A stretch of 59,549 bases of DNA from IMG/VR virus record IMGVR_UViG_3300032038_004959, one strand, 5' to 3'. This stretch comes from a virus. Shown here one piece after another: positions 8,632-15,704 of this stretch. Position 1 is the stretch's first letter. Every line of letters starts with the position of its first letter. The notes under the pieces were generated by a model that was not told the origin of the DNA, searched no databases, and saw only the letters and a list, made by a program, of their open reading frames with translations. Made by a program: the position numbers and the translations under genes.

Positions 8632-8645
8632 GTTGCGTTGAAATT

Positions 8646-8975
8646 TTATAGTTTATCATGTTCGTAAATCTCTTTGTCGTATATCTTGGCAGCTCGATAT
8701 TCGAGGTTGCAGCCTTTCGATGACTGCCAAGCATGGTCGAGATAGATAGCATCGCATTCGATGACCGCCTGAATGCAGTTACCCATAGCGATAGCCTCTG
8801 AGATATTCTGCGACTTATTCACATCGAAAGAGGAAACAAAAGAATATCCATAGAAACGATGGTCGGTCTTGATAATCTCTTTCAGCTCTCTCACTCGCTT
8901 CTGAGCCGCCTTATACTTATTCCCGAAACCTTGCTCAGGTCGGGCGTTGATTGGTGTTGCAATATAGAGTTTCAT
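8646..8975 (-). CDS. DUF4406 / nucleoside 2-deoxyribosyltransferase-like protein
   Basis: Start trimmed to the internal Met (MKLYIATPIN...), which abuts the stop of the upstream ORF at 8978. The N-terminal MKxYIAxP pattern and C-terminal W..S.G...E are reminiscent of this family. Confidence 0.55.
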   Translation of the reverse strand: MKLYIATPINARPEQGFGNKYKAAQKRVRELKEIIKTDHRFYGYSFVSSFDVNKSQNISEAIAMGNCIQAVIECDAIYLDHAWQSSKGCNLEYRAAKIYDKEIYEHDKL

Positions 8976-8977
8976 GC

Positions 8978-9199
8978 TCAGCCGATGATTAAATAGATGA
9001 TGAATAACTGAACTATCTGCCCGATAATGCCTCCAAGCATGGTTGCAATCCAATCGAGCCAATCCCATTTATTGCCATACTGTGTATCTTTGAACTCCAA
9101 AGCTGATGCTGCACCGAGAACGCAGAGGATAGTGAATACCAATCCTAACGGTATCGCATAGATGAAATGCTTTTTCCTGTTACTTTCATTTAGCCACAT
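8978..9199 (-). CDS. Small membrane protein
   Basis: Two hydrophobic segments (IPLGLVFTILCVLGAA and MLGGIIGQIVQLFIIYLII). The ATG at 9199 is preferred over the TTG at 9205. Confidence 0.5.
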   Translation of the reverse strand: MWLNESNRKKHFIYAIPLGLVFTILCVLGAASALEFKDTQYGNKWDWLDWIATMLGGIIGQIVQLFIIYLIIG

Positions 9200-9201
9200 A
9201 A

Positions 9202-9333
9202 TCAATTATTTTCTTTACAAGGCGGTGTGACCGCATATTCGACATAATGTTTTAATTCATTGCAGTAGCGACCATTCACTCCGAGATATGATTTCGGGCA
9301 TTTGGCGCATTGCTCATTTGTTTGACTGCTCAT
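9202..9333 (-). CDS. Possible 43-aa Cys-rich ORF (below the track length cutoff)
   Basis: Hand translation gives MSSQTNEQCAKCPKSYLGVNGRYCNELKHYVEYAVTPPCKENN*. It fills an otherwise empty 108-nt gap and is coupled to both neighbours. Confidence 0.3.
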   Translation of the reverse strand: MSSQTNEQCAKCPKSYLGVNGRYCNELKHYVEYAVTPPCKENN

Positions 9334-9817
9334 ATCGGTATCTGAATTTAGTGAAATGAATGACTGCAAGCGGTTCTGTCAGGTCGGTTCTCTCAAACCA
9401 ATTATTCCAATCGACCTCAGACAATCCATCATTATGAGCGAGAGTCTTGCAATCTACGGAACAACCATCTACGAGTTTCGGATGAATAGTTGCGCATCCT
9501 GCAACAACCATCTTCTGAATTCCGATACCGTCAGCTTTTGTGAGATTGCAGATGATTTCCTGCTTACTATGATATGGCTTTCCTGACCATTGACGGATGG
9601 AGAGTTGAGCTTCGCCTCTCTCGATTTGCTCGAAACGCTTTGCCCATAGCTCATAGTTCGCCCGAATGGTATGCAGCTTCGGAAACTCGCAGAATGTATC
9701 TGCATCTATCTTGAATGGCTGACCTGCATTGAATGCAGCTCTGAAATTGGTTGGTTCACCTTTTCTGCGATGATAAGCAGGAAAAACCTTTGATAGTGTC
9801 AATACATAAGTTTTCAT
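9314..9817 (-). CDS. Hypothetical protein
   Basis: 167-aa ORF in operon context. A KLHTIR box is weakly ASCH-like, which is not enough for a functional call. Confidence 0.5.
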   Translation of the reverse strand: MKTYVLTLSKVFPAYHRRKGEPTNFRAAFNAGQPFKIDADTFCEFPKLHTIRANYELWAKRFEQIERGEAQLSIRQWSGKPYHSKQEIICNLTKADGIGIQKMVVAGCATIHPKLVDGCSVDCKTLAHNDGLSEVDWNNWFERTDLTEPLAVIHFTKFRYRYEQSNK

Positions 9818-10155
9818 CGTGAGCCTCCTTTCTGTAATTCTTTGATAACTTCATCTGCAATCTCTACGGCATCCATAGCGATGATAGCAGCATGATTACC
9901 GCCTCTTTTATCAATCATGGCGACCATTGCAGCCTTCGTGAGGTCGTATCTACGAATCTCCCAATCAATCTTTCTTCTTTCTCCGTTGATAAGGAGGTTC
10001 TTTTCTCTTTCCTCTCGCTCTTCTTTTGAAAGATGGCGACAGAGGCGAGTTCTTTCTGCGACACACTCCCTGCATCGGTTTTTATATGATTTTGTAAATT
10101 TGGTGATAGGTAGCTCTTTTCCGCATACCTCACATATCTTTGTTTCTTGTGCCAT
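9814..10155 (-). CDS. Hypothetical zinc-finger protein
   Basis: 113 aa with CEVCGK...CRECV near the N-terminus. Confidence 0.5.
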   Translation of the reverse strand: MAQETKICEVCGKELPITKFTKSYKNRCRECVAERTRLCRHLSKEEREEREKNLLINGERRKIDWEIRRYDLTKAAMVAMIDKRGGNHAAIIAMDAVEIADEVIKELQKGGSR

Positions 10156-10159
10156 TTTC

Positions 10160-10777
10160 TTAATGTGTTATATGATTAGCAAATTGCAATAAATCCATTG
10201 CTTTGATTTCTCCAATCTTGATAAATCTATCAAGGCTCCAACCTACCTGAATAGAAGTGATAGAATGACTTTCCATAAAGATGACTACCATCGCTCTCTG
10301 AGCTTCAGTAATTGATGCAGGTTTGCATCCTGCGACTATCAGTCGAGGTTGAAATTTGATATAACCTGCTACTTCGACAGACCTATCATCACTAACCTCT
10401 GTATCAGGAACTCTCTCACTTAGGATGAGTTCCTTTGCAATCATGATATGCTCTGTGGTCTGAGTATAGTTTTCACATCCATATACCTTGCCATCAGGAG
10501 AAATCCATCCGCATAAGCATTCTTTTATATCATTCGGCTTAATCCATCTGTAAGGCTCGATTTCTTTATCATCATCTTCGACAGTTACCTCATTGATGCC
10601 TACGAGCTTTTTCTTGCCTTTTACTACTTCTCTCGCCAAATCCTCAGGAAATCCATTGAGAGCTTTAATGAGAATATCTATCCCTGTTTGAACATCGCCT
10701 GTCTCACAGAACCTCTCACGAGCAAATCTTGTTATAAACTCTCCTGATACTGAAAAATGAAGCACTCCCATACTCAA
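10160..10777 (-). CDS. Hypothetical protein
   Basis: 205-aa ORF in operon context. No motif recognised. Confidence 0.5.
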   Translation of the reverse strand: MSMGVLHFSVSGEFITRFARERFCETGDVQTGIDILIKALNGFPEDLAREVVKGKKKLVGINEVTVEDDDKEIEPYRWIKPNDIKECLCGWISPDGKVYGCENYTQTTEHIMIAKELILSERVPDTEVSDDRSVEVAGYIKFQPRLIVAGCKPASITEAQRAMVVIFMESHSITSIQVGWSLDRFIKIGEIKAMDLLQFANHITH

Positions 10778-11079
10778 TCCTCCTTTCTCTCGAAATTCTC
10801 ACACGCCTTATCATTCCGATTGGCGCAGTAGAATAGTTTTTGATTAGCGAATCGAGGATTGCGGACGGTCTTCGGTTTCAGCTCGCAGACCCAACTCATA
10901 GACCATGCGTTGATAGAGGTCTTTCCCTCCTTGCGATGGATGCAGTCTTTGCATCTCCAATCGCCCTCTTTGATGCGATTATCTTTCTTGATGGAGATTA
11001 TCACCTCTCCACCCATAACGGTCGCCTTGCACCCCTCAGGGATGAGATAGCTGCCGATTTCTAATGTTTGATTCTTCAT
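10774..11079 (-). CDS. Hypothetical protein
   Basis: 101-aa ORF. The start codon is preceded by TTCAACGCAA (11082..11091). Confidence 0.5.
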   Translation of the reverse strand: MKNQTLEIGSYLIPEGCKATVMGGEVIISIKKDNRIKEGDWRCKDCIHRKEGKTSINAWSMSWVCELKPKTVRNPRFANQKLFYCANRNDKACENFERKED

Positions 11080-11126
11080 TGTTGCGTTGAATTTAGAATT
11101 ATTGAATTTCTCGTTTTCCTGCGCTC

Positions 11127-11186
11127 TCCTGCGATTTCTTGTGTTCAGGTGATAAAGTATTCATCTTTGTGCTTAGAATCGCAGGA
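11127..11186. repeat. 10-bp inverted repeat TCCTGCGATT / AATCGCAGGA with a 40-nt spacer
   Basis: Arms at 11127..11136 and 11177..11186, read directly. An extra TCCTGCG copy sits at 11117..11123. Located just after the DnaC-like stop. Confidence 0.5.
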
Positions 11187-11190
11187 AAGC

Positions 11191-11871
11191 CTATTTCTGT
11201 GCGTTCTGACCCCTATATGAGGGATTCTTGAAGATTATCTTCGTCATCATCTCGTTAAAGCGGTCAGCGATTCGGTCTTTATACTTCTCTCGAATCTCCT
11301 GAGGTCGGAGATTGGTAGTGATGACCGTAAAGAGCTGTTCATTGTAGCGATAGGAGAGCAAATCGATTACAGGACTGAGGATATTGCCATAATCGAGAAC
11401 CTCTGTCGGCTCTAACCCCAAATCATCGATGCCGAGCATCTGCCTGTTTCGATATGCCTTGAATTGCTCATACGAATCCTTGTTCAGTCTCGCAATCTCT
11501 CTCGCATCGATTATCGCCAATCCCATATCTCGATTGAAGTCATCTTTCAAATCGAGCATATTGATGCAAGTCTGAATCGCTCTCATTAGTGTGGTCTTGC
11601 CGTTGCCTGGCACTCCGCAAAGAAGCAATCCGAAAGTCTTGCCCTCTTTGAGCCATTGAGCAGCCTTTTCGATGTAAGAATTCATCTCAGGACTCGCTCT
11701 GTACTCTTGATGCCGATATGCGACCTCAGTTATCACGCAAGCCGTTAGCATATCTCTCATCTGCTCATCGGTATAGGGCAGTTCAAAACGCCCCCTCGTA
11801 ATCCTCCGCTGAAGTAGCCGTGACATCAGAGCCTCTACGTTTATTTTCTGATTTTTGTCTATCTGAAACAT
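11191..11871 (-). CDS. DnaC/IstB-like AAA+ helicase loader
   Basis: 226 aa. Walker A GVPGNGKT and Walker B-like LGIDDLG. It follows the replication initiator gene. The start may be an internal Met. Confidence 0.8.
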   Translation of the reverse strand: MFQIDKNQKINVEALMSRLLQRRITRGRFELPYTDEQMRDMLTACVITEVAYRHQEYRASPEMNSYIEKAAQWLKEGKTFGLLLCGVPGNGKTTLMRAIQTCINMLDLKDDFNRDMGLAIIDAREIARLNKDSYEQFKAYRNRQMLGIDDLGLEPTEVLDYGNILSPVIDLLSYRYNEQLFTVITTNLRPQEIREKYKDRIADRFNEMMTKIIFKNPSYRGQNAQK

Positions 11872-12655
11872 TGTTCTTTCGTTTTTCGGCTTCGAGTTGA
11901 ATTCTCAGCCAATCATTAAAATGCCTTCGGGTATCATTGAAGTCCTGATGCTCCGTTCCCCTGCAATCGCAATCGAGAGCAAAGTCATCCAATCGCCTCA
12001 CTATCTCGTCTATCGGAATATGGAATCTCATCGCCATCTGTTCGAGCCATATCTGAGCATTCTTCAATTCTTCGATGAATTTCAAATTTTTCGACTCGCC
12101 CTTAGATGATATAGATGTAGAATTATTATTCTTATATTCTTTATTTCCGTCAACTATGGTATAAACTTGGCCATCAACTATGGTATCAACTTTCGTTTCG
12201 CCTTTATACCCTAAACTATCTGATTTAATGATATTTACCTCCGAAATTGGCTTATCAACTTTACCCCTTATTTTTTCATCATTTTGCCTATTAACGATGC
12301 TGTCAATTTGGGTATTAAGCGTTGAATCATCATTACATTGATATTTCTCATAATTGCAGATAGTTAGGATAGAAGTTTGCCTGTAAATAGTGCTTCGTTT
12401 TATCATATCCTCTCCCTCCAAGAGCCTCAGGAACTTTATTATTGTCGGATGACTCTTTCCCCATCTCTCAGAGAGAAAGGATATTGATGCGATTATCTGA
12501 CCTCTGCGCAATACGAACAGATGAGAATCATGCAGGACTTGCTTATCTTCCCAAGCGGCGAGAAAGAGCAAATCAAGCCACCATCTCAGCCTTTCGGCAT
12601 CCTGCCATAGCCAATGACTTGCAATCTCTCTGCTTATTTTTATCCATCCTGCCAT
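11783..12655 (-). CDS. Putative replication initiator / replisome organiser (winged-helix N-terminus)
   Basis: 290 aa. N-terminus WIKISREI...WLWQD...RRGQ...SISFLSERWGKS..TIIKFLRLLE resembles phage replication initiator wHTH domains. Upstream of the DnaC-like gene. Confidence 0.55.
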   Translation of the reverse strand: MAGWIKISREIASHWLWQDAERLRWWLDLLFLAAWEDKQVLHDSHLFVLRRGQIIASISFLSERWGKSHPTIIKFLRLLEGEDMIKRSTIYRQTSILTICNYEKYQCNDDSTLNTQIDSIVNRQNDEKIRGKVDKPISEVNIIKSDSLGYKGETKVDTIVDGQVYTIVDGNKEYKNNNSTSISSKGESKNLKFIEELKNAQIWLEQMAMRFHIPIDEIVRRLDDFALDCDCRGTEHQDFNDTRRHFNDWLRIQLEAEKRKNNVSDRQKSENKRRGSDVTATSAEDYEGAF

Positions 12656-12666
12656 ATCGTCTCAGT

Positions 12667-13245
12667 TCAAGCAAATAGAAATTTCTCCCAAATATCGATG
12701 AATTGCTTTCCGCAATACTCAGCAAGCTCTCTCGTTTTGAAGGCAAGCCGAGAACCGTTAATCGTACTCGAGTCCGATGACGCATAAACCGCATCCGCAA
12801 AAACGACACCGCCACCCGCATTCGCATTGCTACCCGACCGACCAACGACACGGCACTCTTTCTTCTCATCCTCATCGAGTTCCTCATATTCCTTTTTGGT
12901 GTATATGTAGAACCAAGGATAATAACGGCACTCATCGCCATCGAACTTCGGCTTCCATCCCTCATTCAGAGCCTCTGCGATGATAACGAGGCGAGTATAA
13001 GCGAAAAGATGCAGATTATTGTCAGCCTCTTTGAATGAGCTTTCTATCACCCTGAACTGAGCGACAATAGGATGCTCATCTCCGAGGATTGCGACTGCAT
13101 CCTCAAAGGTCTTGACCTTATCTTTGATGTCCTGAGCAAAGATTTCTTTGCCGAAAAGATGCTCCAAAAGCTCTCTGCCGTTGGCATCTGTATTGTTGTA
13201 AGCTGCAAGTGCATTCCCAGCACTTATCTTCAATTCTTTATCCAT
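12667..13245 (-). CDS. Small DGR target protein (C-terminal variable C-type-lectin/FGE-like region)
   Basis: 192 aa. The C-terminus CRVVGRSGSNANAGGGVVFADAVYASSDSSTINGSRLAF is a third copy of the TR/VR sequence. No signal peptide is seen. Confidence 0.85.
   Translation of the reverse strand: MDKELKISAGNALAAYNNTDANGRELLEHLFGKEIFAQDIKDKVKTFEDAVAILGDEHPIVAQFRVIESSFKEADNNLHLFAYTRLVIIAEALNEGWKPKFDGDECRYYPWFYIYTKKEYEELDEDEKKECRVVGRSGSNANAGGGVVFADAVYASSDSSTINGSRLAFKTRELAEYCGKQFIDIWEKFLFA
12743..12855 (-). repeat. DGR variable repeat 2 (remote VR)
   Basis: A 113-bp hand alignment to TR 30201..30313 gives 13 differences. All are at coding-strand adenines of the TR; none are at other bases. Confidence 0.85.
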
Positions 13246-13390
13246 TGTCTTTTGATTTTTTGATTGTTGAAAATGTTTCTTTATTCACCCAATTATCGGT
13301 GCATTGGAAATATCCTGCCTTATAGCATTCCTCTTGCGTAGCATCAGGATGAGCCAATAGCCACGCTTTCATTTGGTCGAGATAGCTCAT
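13238..13390 (-). CDS. Hypothetical small protein
   Basis: Start trimmed to the internal Met (MSYLDQMKAW...), which abuts the MBL gene stop at 13392. Confidence 0.4.
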   Translation of the reverse strand: MSYLDQMKAWLLAHPDATQEECYKAGYFQCTDNWVNKETFSTIKKSKDNG

Positions 13391-13391
13391 A

Positions 13392-14129
13392 TCAGTAGGG
13401 TATTGATGATAGGTCGATTTCCAAGCCTCTCCGAGCAATATAGGTCGGCTTACCTGATACCGCTTTTATTTCCTTGCGGAAACGCTCTGCATCGCTATTG
13501 TTTCCTGAGAGATGGATAAGGATTATCTCTGACACCTCAGAGAGGTCATTTGCCATGAGAATTCCTTTCGTTGTCTCAATCTCCATGTGCGAGTGCAGGA
13601 GGCGGTCTTTCATCGAGTGCGGCACGATGCCCGATTCTATGTTTTGCAGGAGAATATCATCCGCATAGTTCGCTTCGAGCATGATATGATTGAGTTTCGG
13701 CAATCTGTATTCAAGCATCATCGTATCGGTGACGAATAGCATCCTGCCCATCTCTTTATGCTCTATGACGAAACCAAGACACGGCACATCGTGAGCCACG
13801 CTCAGACAGAAGATTTTGAAACCGCCTACCTGATAGCCGTGCATCGGCTGAACCTCCTTGCAGAATACCCGATTCCTCAGATTATGAGAATCGAACACCT
13901 GAGGCAAAGCCAAGACCTTGATACCATAGGAGAGAATATCTTTCAGGCTTCGGGAATGGTCTCTATGCTCATGCGAGATAACACAGCCGAGAACCTGCTT
14001 TAATTGAAATCTGAGAGCTTTTTTTATCTCGATAGCAGGAATACCTGCCTCGATGATTAAAACGCCGTCAGAGGCTTCTAAAAGATAGCAGTTGCCCGAT
14101 GAACCTGAGCCTAAACATTTGAGTACCAT
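13392..14129 (-). CDS. Metallo-beta-lactamase fold hydrolase (possible recombination exonuclease)
   Basis: 245 aa with the HEHRDH (HxHxDH) motif. Adjacent to recT. Confidence 0.8.
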   Translation of the reverse strand: MVLKCLGSGSSGNCYLLEASDGVLIIEAGIPAIEIKKALRFQLKQVLGCVISHEHRDHSRSLKDILSYGIKVLALPQVFDSHNLRNRVFCKEVQPMHGYQVGGFKIFCLSVAHDVPCLGFVIEHKEMGRMLFVTDTMMLEYRLPKLNHIMLEANYADDILLQNIESGIVPHSMKDRLLHSHMEIETTKGILMANDLSEVSEIILIHLSGNNSDAERFRKEIKAVSGKPTYIARRGLEIDLSSIPY

Positions 14130-14149
14130 TCCCTGTCATGATTTAGATA

Positions 14150-15073
14150 TTAGTAACTTGGAGCTTCTTCTGCATTCTCAGCAGGAGATGCTTCTGATTC
14201 TTTGATTTCGCCTGTCTCTGTATCGACTTCCTCGTATTGAGCGGTATCGAGTTCGATAGACTGACCATTCGCATTCTCGCTGATAAGGTCGTTTCGGCTC
14301 ATCTGAGAATCCTCGACATCCTTTGAGAGAGCGTTCTGCATCTCGACAGAGAGATAGCCATACTTCGAGAGCAAACGGCGGATGACGGTCTTTAACGCCA
14401 TATCATTGAAGTTGCCCTCCCAACCGACCTTGCTTGATGGCTGATTCGCCTGAGCGAGCTTGATGAGAGCTTCTGCACTCGGTTTTTTATTGCCCTTGAA
14501 TGATGGAGAATATCTCAAAGCATAAGCAGCCATATCCTCGACACTCACAAAGAGGGTCTTATTGAAGCCGTTGAGCATCTCGAAATAGCAGAAGTAGCCG
14601 ATAATCTTGTCAGACTTCTTTTCTCCATCGAGAGCGATTTCACCTGTGAGCTTCGATACTTTTCTCATCTCGCCCTCGTAAACGAAATCGGCATTGATGG
14701 TGCGATACTGACCTGTGCGCATAGCGAGTTGGATATATCCCTTGTAGCCAGGCACGAATGTAGGTGTAGGAACTTTCGACCATGAACCATCTGCATTCTT
14801 AACCGAGTTATTGAATACGATGATGTAGGCGAAACCGAGAGCCTTGTTGAGAGGAAGTCTCAGGGTCGCAGCTCTGAGAGCCTCTGCTATCACGAGTGCA
14901 GGCTTGCAGGTTTGCAATTGCTTATCGCCTGTAAAGAGGTCGATGAGCGATGCCACGAAAGCATCTTTGTGTTCACCGAGAGCGTTCTGAAACTGCTCTT
15001 GGACGGATGGAGCGTTGATAACCGACTTCATCAGGTCGATAGGTCGCTCCTGCTTTTGGATTTCATTTGCCAT
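14150..15073 (-). CDS. recT: RecT-family single-strand annealing protein
   Basis: GYKGYIQLAMRTGQY and the surrounding sequence are typical of RecT. Start placed at MANEIQ (15073), because TTCAACGCAT lies 2 nt upstream and the longer ORF would overlap the HNH gene. Confidence 0.85.
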   Translation of the reverse strand: MANEIQKQERPIDLMKSVINAPSVQEQFQNALGEHKDAFVASLIDLFTGDKQLQTCKPALVIAEALRAATLRLPLNKALGFAYIIVFNNSVKNADGSWSKVPTPTFVPGYKGYIQLAMRTGQYRTINADFVYEGEMRKVSKLTGEIALDGEKKSDKIIGYFCYFEMLNGFNKTLFVSVEDMAAYALRYSPSFKGNKKPSAEALIKLAQANQPSSKVGWEGNFNDMALKTVIRRLLSKYGYLSVEMQNALSKDVEDSQMSRNDLISENANGQSIELDTAQYEEVDTETGEIKESEASPAENAEEAPSY

Positions 15074-15110
15074 AATGCGTTGAAATTTTGAATTGTGAAA
15101 CATAAATTGA

Positions 15111-15704
15111 TTATTTATATCTCCATATAAAGGAGTTTGTCTGTTTGAGATAGCCATTTGCAACTCTCGCTATTGATGATGCGTTACTATGCGTCATTTC
15201 TGCTGCCATTTTTACGCTATCATATTCACGGATGAATTGCCTTGATAAATCATATTGCAGAACTTTCTTTGAATTAGGATTGAGAGAGCCTCGTTTCCCA
15301 AACATTCCATTCTTTTCTCCTGTTTGGTTTCGATTGGCGATACCTCTTGCTATACGAGTTCCATAATTCCGATTTTCTTTAATCGTAGCCCATTCGAGAT
15401 TTTCTACTCGATTATCGGTCTTATCTTCGTTGATATGATTGACCTCAGGCTTATTCTCAGGATTAGGAATGAAAGCCAATGCGACTGCACGATGAATAGC
15501 CATTCTCTTAGCTTTTCCGTTTTTACTCAGAAATACAAACATATATCCGCTTTTCTGATACAAGGGCAATAGGATGAAACCTCTTAGATTTTTGGTCGTT
15601 TCGCCATTTCTTCTTACTATTCTATCAATAGAGCGTATCTGCCCTTGATTACTCACCTGATATAATCCCTCGTACTGAGGTATATCTCTCCATTCTTCTT
15701 TCAT
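15111..15704 (-). CDS. HNH homing endonuclease (NUMOD4 + HNH + C-terminal HTH-like module)
   Basis: 197 aa. EEWRDIPQYEGLYQVSNQGQIRS (NUMOD4-like) and VNHINEDKTDNRVENLEW (HNH). Paralogous to 17659..18255. Confidence 0.85.
   Translation of the reverse strand: MKEEWRDIPQYEGLYQVSNQGQIRSIDRIVRRNGETTKNLRGFILLPLYQKSGYMFVFLSKNGKAKRMAIHRAVALAFIPNPENKPEVNHINEDKTDNRVENLEWATIKENRNYGTRIARGIANRNQTGEKNGMFGKRGSLNPNSKKVLQYDLSRQFIREYDSVKMAAEMTHSNASSIARVANGYLKQTNSFIWRYK

Noticed and set aside
12573-12965. Arg/Met-rich ORFs (..RMRMAVSF.RMR..MRHRTR..) seen three times: 12573..12965, 30121..30309 and 30429..30638.
   Set aside because: They are the same 113-bp TR/VR unit read in a different frame. Their threefold recurrence is what flagged the DGR, but they are not genes themselves.
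14150-15163. N-terminally extended versions of several track ORFs: 14150..15163, 21104..22384, 44393..44962, 8646..9068, 23377..24042, 13238..13438, 39327..39860 and 51795..52034.
   Set aside because: The extensions overlap upstream genes or the tRNA, or consist of intergenic motif sequence. Internal Met codons that abut the upstream stop, or follow the TTCAACGCA motif, give more sensible starts.
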